From the NCBI GenBank assembly GCA_040954595.2, contig CM082592.2:5692208-5756207 (forward strand): 64,000 nt of DNA, given 5' to 3'. Position numbers and translations under genes: made by a program. A model generated the notes under the pieces. It had not been told where the DNA came from. It did no database searches and worked only from the letters and a program-made list of their open reading frames with translations. This document shows, in pieces, positions 1 through 14,055 of the stretch. This DNA is from Balanoglossus misakiensis. Lineage: Eukaryota; Animalia; Hemichordata. How positions within the stretch are numbered: position 1 is the stretch's first letter; every line of letters begins with the position of its first letter.

Positions 1-2156
1 CAGGAAACTGGAAGAAATGCAAGACTCCATGTCTCAGGCCTCGCTGACCATCAGCAAACTGAAGGACACAGCGGTGCAGTCTCAAGAACAGACCAAGAAA
101 GAGATCGCAGCCCTGAATGACAAACATGAAGAGAACATGAACGATATGAAGGGAGAGATCGACAGAATGGTAAGTGACTGTTAGGGTGTTGTCATGGCAG
201 ATATTCAGATATTTTCCTGTTATGATGAAGTGCAGCTGTGAAGATTTTGAATTTGATAGGTTCGTTCATAAGAAATTTGCAGGCCAGTCAGATATTGTGT
301 AGGTTTACTTCTGGGGTTGAGAAAATTTTGGGTGGTGTCAAGAATTTCTGTGAGAGGATGATGTGAGTTGGTGCTATAACAGTCCAGGCAAATGTTCTTG
401 AAATGTATCCTTACAAGTGCCATATTTTAGATAGTGTGTGTAGTTTCCTTTGCAGTGGATAGAACAATCCATTCGTTGACATTTGTTAAAACACTCCACT
501 TCCTAAAAAGATAATGTCGGAGAATTGTGAAGACTTTGGTTAGGATTGTATAATTTGTGACTTCTTTATTCACCATATGTGCATACTATGTACAGCTGAT
601 AGAAGAAGTTTGGAGGTTAAGGTGTTTGGGTTCCATTTTGTGAAAGCATGCATATTATTGTCAGGTTGAGCTGTGAGGCCTAAAGTAATGCATGCAAATG
701 CTAAATGCATCATCATTGGCAAAGGTGTGTTAATAATGGGTTGGCGTAGAAAGTAGTACTTGTACTGCTGCATATTAGTTTTTAAGACATTCATTGTCAA
801 GATCAGTACAAAAGAGTGAGTGAAGAAAATGGGTTGTACAGAGAGAATGCATGCGGTTTTGCATAGCAAATTATGAACGAATATATAGACTGACCTTTAG
901 TGCATACTGGTGGTTTAGCAATAGTGGTGATGTATTCATATGTGAAGGTGAAATCGTAGAGGGGCTGTGGTTTTTCTCCACTACAAATGTCACTTGCTCT
1001 CAGCTGCACACAGACATGTCGACCACACAGACTCATCAATCATGTGCATGCGCATATACAAATCATCACATCCTTTATTCAAAGCTTACTTTCAGTATCT
1101 CTTTCTGCTTGCCTAATAAAAAAAGAATTTGGCTGCAAAAACTCTCTCTGTAAACATTTTGCAATTTTTCTCTCAGTATTTTAGTCTTCTTTTAAATGCT
1201 CTCATTCAGTTTAAGTGTCTAAAATATAATGATGCAGAATTTCACAGCATCTAGCTATCAGCATCGCTCTGCAATATCATGCAAAAAAATGCTCAGATTT
1301 TTCCCTGCTATTGCTCGGCTATTTTAGTCATCCAGCAGCATGATTATTGACGACATTTTCATGGATGTTTTCAATTATTTTTTTTTTACTCCATCAGGAC
1401 ACAGAGGAGGTTACCTACCTCTGAGCACTGTAGTTTCTTTTAGTAGTCGTTCTTTACCACTTAGTTTCCTTTCTTCACCCCCTCCCCACCCCCAATTTTG
1501 TTCTAAACACACTGTTCTTTTTTTTTAAACTGTATACATTATACTTACATTAGCGTAGTATCTTTTTCAAATCAGCATGCGCATGGCTACTCATCCTGAA
1601 AAAACAAAAAATCCCAGTCTCACGCCAAAAAACACTCGTCACCATCTTTATATATACCACACGTTCCTCTAAGTATTATTATTTTCTTCGGTTAAAATTG
1701 ACACCGCCTTTTGTTGGGTAAAATTTTGCTTTCTCGAACTGTAGCAATCTGAGCTGCAGAAATCCCAGGCCAAGATAGCCAGGCTGACGGAAGCGCATTC
1801 CAGGGAGAGAGAGCAGCTTGAAGGCAGTCGGAGCCGGGATGTGGAGGAGCTGGCCACAAAGCTTGCCAAGAGGGAGGAGGAGTTCAAGGAGTTGTCCGAC
1901 CAACACAACGCTTTTAACAAGCTTATTGAGCAGCTGTTGGCAGAGAAGGAGAAGTTCAAGGTGAGAGCAGGGGGTGGTCGGTGATGGTCGTGCAAGTGTT
2001 TCACAGTCTGTCTGCTGTGGGTGTATTTGTGTGACTTTGACGACAGTCTGAAGTTGGCTCTGAGTACAGTTATACAGGTTACTGCTGGCATATAACATCA
2101 ATACTAAAGTGAATCATGTCAGTCACTAGTAATAATAATAATCATCATCATCATCG

Positions 2157-2219
<63 letters not shown>

Positions 2220-5200
2220 CCACCACCACCACCACCATCATCCTTATTTCGAGAACCAGCTCATATAGTAAAAAAAATGACACAGAAGATAGATGTCACC
2301 ACTACGATAATATACATGTACTGTACTTTAAATTGCATTTTACTGATTTTAGAATTTGTTTTAAATTTTATATTTAACAAATCAGAATGAGAAAGAGAAG
2401 ACCCAGAAAGCATACAAAGCAATGATGAAGGATAGAGACACCTTGAAGGAAGAGAAGGAGAAGGCGTTAGTGGATATTGCCAAACTTGAGGGTCAACAAC
2501 AACTGTTTCAACTCGAGAAGGACCACGCAGGGAATAAGAAGAAACAACTGATAGAGGAAAAAGAAAGGATTGAAGAAGAGAAGAATAAGGTATGCATTTT
2601 GTTGGTCATAGGAGTGCCTGTGTTAGTACAAAATGGAGGCAGATCTGGAATTTCAGTGTTTACTAATAATAATTCAGTGTAATACCATGTATGACTTGAA
2701 GGCACTTTTACATTATTTCACATCATGCTGTCCCCCTAGACAACTGTCACTCTGAATCCAGAAAAAATGCGAAACCACCCTCTTACTTCCCTTCACCCAT
2801 ATGCCACCAAACTGTGGTCCAGCCCCATTGCCGTCAACAGCATGGTCGGACCCACGCACCAGAGACACGGGGTGATCGGCTTGATTTTCTTCTTCCCCCC
2901 TACAGATATCCAGAGAACTGGAGGAGTCCAAGAACACGCACAAGCAACTGCAGGAGCAGAGGGACATAGCCATGAGGGAGAAGAACGAGGCCATCGCCAA
3001 GAGCCAGCAGAGCCACATGAAAGCCGACGCCCTGGAGGAGGAGGTGGAACGTCACAGAAAAGAAGCTGAGAAGTTGAGGGAGATGCTGAACAAGACCAAG
3101 GAGGAAAGCCAGCAGGGTGTGCAGAGCATGTCCGATTTACAAACGCAACTGTAAGTTGTCTGTTACAGTCATTGGTTTTTGTAGGGATAACAGTTGTCTG
3201 TGTGCGCATTAATACAGAGTGTGGGATCGATTTGATCCCACACTCTCTATCCCACACTCCCAGCGGCCAGGAGTGTGAGAAATGAAAGTTCATACCAGAC
3301 TTAATGTTGGAGGTACGCTACTGAGGAGTGGGATAATTGTAAACGATATAGTTTGCTGTTGCTGGGGGGGGGGGGGGGGGGGGGCTTGTCTGTCAGAAAA
3401 ATATATAACGAGAAAAGCTGTTGGAAAGAACTGTATGTATAAGATTATTGTTGTCCCACAATCCATGTACATGTACATGTGTGTTAAAATGATAATAGAC
3501 AAATCAGATTTCTGTCGGCGTTCTTAGTTTCCCTGGCGTGGCATGAGTGTGATTCCATAAACATTTCATTTGCTGGTTTTGCAAACTGTCTCCCTTATTT
3601 TTTGCTCCTTTTATGAAGCTGTAAAAATCACTGCTTTTTATGTTTCTTATATATTTTATTTTTTCGTTGTGCATCAACCCACCATTGGTGTTGCAGTGAA
3701 GGGGCACATCAACTTTTGGAAGCCACAAAACGGAAAATGCTAGAAATTGAGACGGACAAGAGCAACGTCCAGAAAGAACTGAGAGAATACCATTCTGTTA
3801 AGGAAGAGAAACAACAGGTAAAGGTTTCACAGAACGGTGCTTTTCATTTCAGTTTTAGTAATAGTGGTCTAATTTCTTTTTTTTAAGAAAAAAATTGCAT
3901 GGTGGTCAATTATTTGGGCTGGTGAGTCTTGTCTGTGGTGCGATGTTAATGTTTTGCGTTTTGTTTAAGTATTGGTTGGTTGTACATTTGTTGTAATGCA
4001 TGTGTTGGCTGTGGATGTGATGTATCTGTCATCTTTCTTGTGATGCTATTCATGTTCCATGCCATGCCAGGTCATCTAGAATAGATTGTCAGGGGAAATT
4101 AGGAAGTCTTGCAATAGTGAGATTTCTGAGACCTCAGATACCAGAATTGTAGTCGCTCCGAGTGTTAAGCTCTCCAGGTTATCTGAGGACAAGTCAAGCT
4201 TGACACTGAATGGCAGTTCTCTCTTTCTGGTGTCAGTAGCACCATTTTTCACATTTCTTCAATTTGTATCTCCTTACGATAAATGCAGGAAGAATTCCAC
4301 TTCTTCGATGAAGGCGCAGGTTCGTCAAAGACACCTTCAGGGTTGCCCCGATACTCGCATTTTGGACTTGTCTGTCGCATCATATAACATCACCAATCAC
4401 AGCCTTTTTGCCCATGTGTCCATCTGTGCAATGGTCTTGTACTACAATGTATTTAGTTTTTACTCATGCAAGCTGTGTTTTTTTATCAATAGTAGCTGCA
4501 ATTGTATGTAATGCCTATGGATATGCTGATTTCATTTCTTTCACTTTGCTTCAAGTTATTATGTCAGTGTGATGTTCCCCAGGGAAAAAAATTATTAAAT
4601 GGCCTGGCATGGCATGGTATTTGTAATTTTTTGTCATCTCACTTCTGTGTTTTGCTTCACGCGTCGACCCTTTCACCCCTATTTCCCTGCACATGGATCC
4701 ACCCCTGTGCTTTGGAACAATATAGGAACGGACCAAAGTCCAGCGGTGGAAAGGGGTGAAAGGGTGGAACTGTCTCTTGTGGATTTTTTGGTGTGACTGA
4801 CTGCTAGCTCTTGTCTTTCTTGTTCCATTTTTTTGTATCTCAGCTTGAAGAGGCCCACACCATTTTGAAGAACCAATTAGAGGAACTAAAGAAAAGGTAC
4901 TGCACTTCTTACACATGGTTTCCGCCCTGCGTTTGACGAAAATAACTGACCGTGGAAAGTACCGGTAGTGCATCTAGCAGTAGCCCCAGATCTTAGTATT
5001 AATAATTATGTGTACAGTGTGTGCCCCCTCCCCCTCCCCAGGACCACCCCACCCTCCCCTACACATGTACGTATATCCTCCCAATCTCATCTGCATTGCT
5101 TCCACTGCTATGCATTGATACATGTACATGTATGCCTGTGTGTATGCATTGAGAAAGAACTGTGAAATGTTAATTTGGACATACAGTTCTCTCATTCAGA

Positions 5201-8200
5201 AATACTGGCCTCAACAAACCATTAACTGTCTGCATCTTGTATGTTACAAGTACGTGTATATCATAGCATATATCATTGGATCTGTGTGACTGTGTTTTAC
5301 TCTGTGTGAGTGTTGTAATGTACCTGTAGATCCATACCCTACATTTTTGTAGTGTACCTTACAGTACCTCTGTGTTTCAGTCTTTGTGTAAGTAACGCAT
5401 AATCTGTCATCTGTCAAAGTACATTGTAAATGAACTCCATGTCTGAGATGTCGCTTGTCTCTGAAACATAATCATTATACAAATGTAACCGCTTGCTGTC
5501 AGCATCGGTTATTCAAGGTATGGTAGTAAACATCTCAAAACTCAAAACCAGTAAAATCTGAATAGCTTGTGTTTTGATGGTTTTAAAAAATATCCCTGGT
5601 CTTTTAATAGTGACAAGAATGTAATCTTGTAATTGATTGATATTTTTAGAAATAGAACAGAAATATTGCTGTGCATTTCTTGTCGCCATTGTCAGGCTAG
5701 ACATACTGCCAAGGAGTAACAATATACCACCAGGGCTAACATTTTCCATATATAATCTCTCTTATTTTTTTGGACATTTTCTTCACTTTCTCTTCCATGA
5801 TGAATGCTAACACACACTGTCATGTCATCGGTAAGCCAAACTTCTCTCGTACATTTGTTCTCAGCTATTTACCTGTGCAAGCCCCTACAGTGGCACACAG
5901 GTTTTCTTTTTCTTTTTTCATTCAGTCTGCTGCCAACTTGCTGCACAAACCACACATCCAAACTCGCCTGGCAGGTTTGTGTGTGATGTGCAGAGAGCTA
6001 TAGCCTAGTTGCAGTGTGAAAAAATCAACTTTTCGTTGTGTGAAATTTATCATCTGATGGATCTTTCTTTGTTACCTGTGCGTGTTTTCTAACTACCTTC
6101 CTCTTGGAAAACCCTGTGCTTGTTAGACCAAGTTGCATGCAAAAAAAATCACACTATCTACTACTCCTAGGGTAGTCTAGTTTTCTGTTACCGTAGTCAG
6201 AGACTGAGCAAGGCAGAGAGAGAGGCCAGAGTTCACAGCTAGCAGGCCAAAGGTCGCAGCTAGCATGTCAAAGGTCACATCTAGCAGGTCAAAGGTCATA
6301 GCTATCAAACACCACAAAACAGTCACATTCAGTGGGATGTTTTTAGCCTTCGAAACGGCCACCAACCTTTGCTCAGAAATCATCACTCTCCAAAATATGC
6401 ATGCATGCATGACAGTGGTATATAACATGACAGAGTAACATACAGTTTGACAGCATCTTGATATGATCTCGCCCCGGACCACGTAAAGAATTCTGACTGC
6501 GTTCCTCTTTTTGTCTTTCTGTCTTTCTCTGTCTTTGCCTATCTCTCTAGTGACTAGACTGGACCTGCTTGAAGTGGGTGTAGTTGCCATGTGTGATAAC
6601 GTGATGAACTAACGCTAAACCTCTTTGTAAAAAGCGCACCAGCCAAAACTATCAGCAGGTAGCCCTCCCTACTCTTACAAGTACTAACTGTCCATGCGTC
6701 TCGCGCTTCACTTTTATTTTCTTCCTTTGTTTTTTCCCCCTTTCCCATCAGCTGGTAATTCACCTGCAGTGACTGTGTGTCAGCCACCTAGCGCATTTCA
6801 CTCAGTATTTTGTTTTCTTGTAAATTTTCTTTGCAGCTGCGAATGTCTTGTCAGTGTGAATATGTGCTCTGTCTTGTGCATTATTTTGTACATCAAATAA
6901 AAATGTGATAATGCTTGCTAGAGCTAGGAATTTCCGTGTTCTCGTGCACTGTATGAATTGTAGCAAAAACCAGGTGAAGGAATTATTTTCTTTGTGTTTT
7001 TGCAGCTGTCTTTGTGATAGATTTAATGATGACTACTATTAATGTGTTATTTTACAAAACTTTTAGTCACAAAATAGTGATACAGTAGCATTATTGTGTA
7101 TGTGAAGGTTGAATAATTAAGGGTCTGACAGTCAACAGCACTGTTTAAGCACCCTTCTACATGTATGTCCTTGTGAGCACTAATACATGTGAAAATTTTA
7201 CATAAGATATTTTGCCAATTACTGGTATATGTATATGTGTACTTAGCTGTGATTGGCTAAACTCTTTAAGTCTTATCCCTGCCACAGTACAATCAGTATC
7301 ATTGGCTGGTTGAATCAGCCATGATTGGGTCTGGGAATCAACCTGCCAATGTTATAAGCTATATTGCCCCAAATCCATTTAACAATACAGGTATCGATAT
7401 TTGTCTTTTGTGGATCATTTGAAATTTGTCTTGTCAATTTGGCTGAAAAACTAGAAGAGTAATTAGTTTATATAGAACATTGAAAAATCAAAAGAATATT
7501 GGAAATTTCTTTCTTGGCATAAATTTCTACTGTTGACCCGTAATGATAGTTATCTGTTTATCAAATATGGTGGTCCCATTCTCACAATTTTGGTCTGTTT
7601 TTTCTCCTCAGGGAAAACAATCTTAGAAAGGAATTTAGTAAAGAAAAGGAATCTTTACAAGACACTTTAGATGCTACCAATTCATTAATTTTACAAAAGG
7701 AGAAGGAGATAGAGAAACAGAAAAATGAGGTGAGTTATTGTAAGAATTTAGATTTTGTCTGTCCTTGTGAAAGTTGACAAGTTGGACATAATGGGTTTGT
7801 ATCGTGCAACTTACTAGATCTAGTAGTGCCAACTCAACTCCGCAGAGCACGTGGGATTTCAGAGCCAAGTTTTGTCCATTGCAAAAATATAAATACGCCA
7901 AATCAGATCTTAATAATAGTGCTAGCATTTTGTTTTGAATTACAAATATTGTAATTTTTTTCTGCCAACAGATCACTTGCCTAAGAGGAGAGAATGCCAT
8001 CGCTAAAAGTTACAAAGCCGCAGTAGAAAACTTAGAACAGGACAAATATAAATTACAACAGCAAGTTGATGAACTGCAATCATCACTGACAGAGGCGAGG
8101 AGAGCTCAAGAAATAGCAACTCACAACAATGCCAATACATCCATCAGTAGCACCGATGACATGAACGGTAAGCTTGGTGTTCTGAGCAGGGAGCTATAAT

Positions 8201-9964
8201 GTGCACTGTTGGTAGTGTTTGTTATAATTTTAGAACCCAGTGTTTCGTTTATGTACATATGTATATATGTTTCAAAAAGCAGCTTTATTGATGAAAACCT
8301 TGGGTAGGGGGTTAATTTGGTAGACATTGGATCCGGTTATGAATCTCACCTGTATGTACAGTAGGTTACACACACTCACACATAAATAAATAAATGCAAG
8401 GCATGTCTTGAATAATGCTAAAAAAAATTCAAATTACATTTTTCAGGTGATCCATTGATTGCTCAGCTCAAGGAAGAAAAAGATCTTGCAGAAGGACAGG
8501 TGAGTGAAACCGTGCCTGCTTTTCTTATCAAATTCAGTTGAACAGCCCAGCAAAAGTTTTTCCACTGGTACCACTATCACAAACTAACATAATAACATTA
8601 ACATTGATCATTCATTACAGTGCATTCTGCATAAGCCATATATGTGAGAGAGAAAAATGTTGACATGAAATTTCACATGTGCGACTGGGAAATATCGGAA
8701 AATCATTTTGTTGTTTTCACAGGTCAATTTCCTGAATTCAGTCATTGTTGACTTGCAAAGGAAGAACGAAGAGCTGCAGGCAAAGATAGACGCCATAGAG
8801 GAAAGTGGGATCAATGGAACGGATGAATTTGATGATTTTCAGTGAGTATCAATTCCACAGTGGTCATGAATGTCAGCTGATTTCTTTTTGTTTCAGTGTC
8901 AAAGTGTCAACCTCCACCCACAAAAAAAAACCCAAACAAACAAACCCAACAACAACATTACTATGGGTTCCGTGTCACTTTGCAGTTTTGATATGTAGCA
9001 TACATATCAACTGTACACTGAACAATTTGTTTATCTAACACTGACAACAGAAAGAGAATAGAACAACAGCAAAGGCAGTGTTGTCGATTAGTAAAAAACT
9101 GAGGCAAAGCTTAGCTAGCAATTTCCGTCCCATGGTTTTCAATAGAAAGGTTCAATGTCGGCCTGTTCATTGTATATCCAAAAGTGAAGTGTTTATTGTT
9201 TTCATAATTCCTGGTAGAAAGCATGACATAAACACATGTAAATGATAAATCATTTTTCTTTTCTTTCCTGTACAGTTATGCTGGTCAGCGGATGACAGCT
9301 CCAAGATTGTTCTGTGACATATGTGATGTGTTTGACCTCCACGATACAGACGACTGTCCACAACAGGAAATGTCCGAAAGTCCGCCACCCTCGCAGTATC
9401 ACGGCAGTCGAGTGGAAGAGAGACCATATTGCGATACGTGTGAAGGTATGTCTATCATCATGAAGCTATCTTGTCTTTCTTAAACGTTTAATTCTCACCA
9501 GAAAGGACTTGACGTTCACATTAATTTGGTGGTATAGCACAATTAATTTCAAATTGCTAAAAAATTGATGCAAGGATCAAATCGCCCTAGACTGTTAGCT
9601 GGCACAAGTATAATCTGCGAGGCCATGCCCATCTTTCAACAATACACCAAATGTTTTCAGTGTACATGCACTTACTAAAGTGGTACCCCTCAACTGTAAT
9701 AGGTGGTATATCCATGCACCAAACTGCCATTTTTGTTTTGCATGTGAATGAAAACGTCACTTTTGTTCAGTCAGCATGCAACATTCAATCTGGATAGTTA
9801 TAATCAATATTTCTCAGGATACCAGTATGTGGGACACAGTGTGGATAGCTTGCCCTGTGAGAACTTAGTGTCGTCATTGTTGTCCTAATTCTCCATCCTC
9901 CTTTTCTTCCTTTTCAGTGTTTGGTCACTGGACTATGGACTGCGATGACGAGCAGACGTACTGA
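1..9964 (+). CDS. CLIP1: CAP-Gly domain linker protein CLIP-170/restin, 3' part (coiled coil plus two C-terminal zinc knuckles); 5' end outside window
   Basis: Phase-consistent GT-AG exons: <1-169, 1745-1960, 2386-2589, 2906-3150, 3697-3817, 4844-4896, 7612-7729, 7972-8167, 8447-8499, 8723-8841, 9276-9445, 9918-9964 (TGA). Translation has E/K-rich coiled coil, [59 protein letters not shown] and the tail DDEQTY*, matching recalled CLIP-170 C-terminal motifs and its EEY/F-type tail. Confidence 0.93.
2142..2241. repeat. (CAT)n grading into (CAC)n microsatellite in CLIP1 intron
   Basis: Direct reading: aat-aat, then a long catcatcat run, then caccaccac. Confidence 0.95.
6223..6306 (+). repeat. 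Four tandem 21-bp units, each containing a DR1-like nuclear-receptor element
   Basis: aggccagagttcacagctagc / aggccaaaggtcgcagctagc / atgtcaaaggtcacatctagc / aggtcaaaggtcatagctatc. The last unit has a perfect AGGTCA-A-AGGTCA. Confidence 0.8.
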
Positions 9965-12900
9965 ATCATATCAGCCTGGACTTTGCCATTCACTGGGCAG
10001 CTCAGCTACAACCTTGAGAATTCGGCCATATCTCTTTAACTGCCAGTTTTTGTAACACGATGAACCCACCCTGAAATCCATCGCAGACGATGTATTTCTT
10101 TTTATCCAGTGTGTACAGCCATAGATGGGTACAGCGAATGATTATATGACTGTGGTTTCTTTTCTAGTTACTGCCCAAAACTTGCAGTGCAGTTTTGAAA
10201 AGTCACCCCATGTGACGTTTTGTTAAATCTTTGCTGCTGCTGTGTGTCAAAAGTCTCTCCTAGAAAAATAGGAGTATATAATGCATTTCCTGAGCTTTCA
10301 GTAAGATCAAAGATAAATTGATACACAGAGCGTCCATAGAGACTGTTTTGAAGTTTGCACACAGCAGTATGCTCAAGAGAGACTTGCTCAGCTCAGGTTT
10401 GAACGTTAATGTTTTTGCAACTGTGGACAGGTCACTAATATCATGCAGTATTGTCATGTGGCTCTTTGGCTTTTGTACGAATAGACGTCTGTAATAGTCC
10501 AGCTGATTTTAAAGTCCATATAGTCTTGGAAATCGGTGCGTATATAGAATAGAATGTGGAACTGGTATTTGTGTGATATGTATTGCTACAGTCTCTGACG
10601 ACAAAACTCCAGTTGAGGGAGTACTGGAAAAAGTTCCCACAAGTAGGATGGGATTACCCGAAATTTTTTGCCTCAAGTGTTTGAGGGCAGTGCAGGTCTC
10701 CTGTTGGCTATCCGCAGTCGAGTAGCATGATCCATCTTCAAAGAAAACAGTGTCTAACTCAGAACCACAATGTATAGTTATACATACCCATAGCATTGCA
10801 TGGGAAGAAGTGGAACCAAACCCACCGTGATAAATTAATGGAACTCTCCTCACACTCAAGATGCACAGAAAGAAAGTCTGTGCTGAAAAATCTCCGAACT
10901 GGTTTTGAACGAAGCTTATATCGAGGTTCGTTTTCCCTGCTGAACTGGTTTGACTGGAATTTTTTATAGCAATTCCTTCCTGACAAGTGTCTCCGTTGCT
11001 TGTTGTTGTACATAGTGTGTACAGTCAGTATGTATTTATTGACATCGGAGTGATGTGAATGTTGTGTAAGGACCTCCATGCGTTTTCCTCAAGACGTCTT
11101 GGGCTATGCTGGATGATGTTCGGCGCAAAGAAGTTGCCGGAATTTGAAAATGTTGTGTTGTGTGTCGCATTTTTTCCTTCGGTCTCTCCTGCATGTGAGA
11201 TGTTGTACATCTGGTATATTCTAAAAGTCTGTTGAACCCCTGTGCAATTAAGTTTCCCCCACCATACTTGGACAAGAATTCCTCTGGATTAACATTTGTT
11301 TTTCTTCAAAGTCAAGCATTTCCTGTGTGTGACAAATATACCGCATCACAACTGAGACAAGGTGGAAGAAATTTTATTCGAGAACTCACTGTAAATTTTT
11401 TCTGACAGTGGTTTGTGTCTTTAACACTCTCGCGTGTATTCTGGTTTTAGTATTGAACTAGATGTGTGCGCAGATAGCACCTTACATGTATCTGTATGTA
11501 ATGTTCTGTCCTTCCCCCTAAAACCTGTAACCCCTCGCATTCTGGCATTAGTACTATAACCCAGTTGTTTCGCATTGTCAGCTAGACCATACTAAAAGGA
11601 ATGAGGGGGTGGCATGTTTTGGAAAGGGGGTATTTGGAGTTGTTTGTATATTTTGATGATGTTACAAACGGCAACATTTTTTGAGCATTTTTCATAAAAT
11701 AATTTTTTCAAGAACATTGGGTAAAATGTTGGTAAATTGAACATTTGCCATAGTGCAGATAAATATTGATTTCATAGAAAATAAAAGGGTGATTTCACAA
11801 CGAAAAGAAAATTTTGATAAAATTATCTTTGATGAATTGTAGCATTTAGTATTGCATGAAATGTTATGCCATATGTATTGGGAAGCGTTCCATTAAATTT
11901 TGTTCAAAAGTAAATTTCATGAGTTTAACAAAGATATTTATATATAAGCTATTTTTGTAATGAAAGCAAAATTTTTTTGTTTGTATATATACATACTCAA
12001 TGTTTCTAATTCCTGGCAAGTTTGTCTTCGTGGACACTGTATATTTATCAAAAGAATCATTTTGAAGTGATGTATGTTTTTGCCATTTTTTTGTTGCAGT
12101 GTTTGTAATTCTTTTCCAGCGGTGTCTGGATCTTCATTTCAGAAAGTTGCCTGCAGGGTCATTTCGCGGTTGCCTGGTGTTTTGTAAGGTTTAACAAGTA
12201 TAAGGGGTGGGATTCTAGTACAGTGGGGGATATATTGTGTCTTATTATGGTAGTCATTTATGGAAATTAAGCATCCATCCCAAGCCCTCTTGCCTCAAGT
12301 TCACTGTTCAAACCTCATCATGGTGAGGCTGAACTTATTTTCATCATGTAAACCTTTTCAAGAAAACTTCATTACAAGAAAAACAATTTTTCTGTAGATC
12401 CACAGAATGGTGTGTGTCATAACCCACCAGACTGAACTAGCAGAAGGCACACCAGATGTGAACGATCATATCAAAGTTTTCTTACTTGTATTGCATGCTT
12501 GCCGAGGTGTGGGGATTCTGAAACTTACAATGTTCTTGCCAAATGGCACAGAGATGAAAGATACGTCATATCAATGAATGGGTACAATTCCATTGTGGTA
12601 CATATTTGAAGAAGTACTTCCTTGGGTGTTTTCCCAGCTGAAAAATCGAACAACTAAGAAAATCTGTTCACCTAGTATAACAGCTACCTCTGACTTTTCT
12701 GGTTTAGTTTTGTACGAGTTGTTCGTGAAGCATCTTCTCATTTGGCAGACTCACTCAGATGTCGTTTTATTTTAACCATTACATTTACAAACTGCCCTTC
12801 AATATTTTTGACCACACTGTATTGTAATGTAGTTACACTCCCTGTTTATGTTTGTTGCTTCACATGTGGTTGTGGAGTGGAAATTTCCAGGAAGTGTACA

Positions 12901-13680
12901 AAGTACACAAACAAGGGTTTGACAGCAATGACAGTATACCATGCTTATAATAGAGAAATAAGTGAATTTGCCAGGCAGGCTGTCTTCCTAAAAGCGTATA
13001 TAATCCAACAAAATAGAACAGGTGATGGCTAATATACTATGCATACTCGAAGTAGAATTGAAACGGCACCTATGTAATTAATTCAAGCAAACAAGAGACC
13101 TTTGTAAGATGCAAATATCAAAATTCAGAGATATGTATATAATTTAAACTTGTTTTGTTTTTCCGAGGATTTTTTTACCTGGCAATATTGACTTGCCATG
13201 ACAGATAGCATTGATGGGTCTGATATTATTGTAGGCTAGACAACTGTGGTGGATGTCAGGAAATGTATATTGCACTTATAAGAATCCCAACATGAATTCA
13301 GGGGCACTCGCCACTTTCTGTGTAATCATAGATACCGTAATGAGCAATTTATTTATTATCTGCATTTTGGAATCTGCAATGGAAACTTCATAGATATTTC
13401 CTGTTGTGGCTGGGTACTGTTTAATACTTGGATGGTGGAATTCATTCACAATGTTTTATAATTGTACTACATTTTATAATTGTACTACATAATAATATTG
13501 AATATTCACAGTGGTTGGTATATTGTCACTGGTGCTAATGTAAATCTGTATAGTGTCACTCATAAGCTTCACTATGTTGCCAAATTTGTGATTCATCCCT
13601 TTTTTGCAACAATAAAAGAGAAAATCTGAATAAAACTTGGTTATGTGGTTGTTTTTATTGATTACTTAAATGAATAAAGT
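9965..13680 (+). other. Probable long 3' UTR of CLIP1 ending at clustered polyA signals
   Basis: AT-rich region with no credible exon, from the CLIP1 stop to AATAAA at 13611, 13629 and 13673. A GT-rich tract (ggttatgtggttgttttt) follows the second signal. Confidence 0.6.
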
Positions 13681-14055
13681 TGACATATAGGACGTTATTT
13701 TGTATGAAAAATTTCTTTGACATCTGAAAATTTCACAGGTTACCGTGTTCAAATCAGCGATATCAAATAAAATACCTTGGTATGGTAATGTGACTGGAAC
13801 TGTTCCGCCATTTCTTTGAATAAGAAACTGACGAATATACACTTGTAGGAGTTAATAATTTGTTATAGCGGACTTTTGGGGATTGTGTATATATAATGTA
13901 ACATAATTTACCTCGATCACAGAACAACAATGTCGACATTTGTTTCTATGAGAGCGGTAATGCAGAAAACAAAGGTACAATACCCTATTGTAACAGAGGG
14001 CGAACTTCGCCTGATGCATGACGGTAGTTGTCGACGGTAGTTGTTTACCAGGAAA

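Noticed and set aside
1669-3293. Minus-strand ORFs of 100-166 aa
   Set aside because: They are antisense shadows of CLIP1 coiled-coil exons.
4086-4511. 141-aa ORF in CLIP1 intron
   Set aside because: Non-ATG start, no convincing splice-site pair and no recognisable domain.
13454-13490. Short tandem duplication ttttataattgtactac x2
   Set aside because: Ordinary slippage duplication in an AT-rich UTR.
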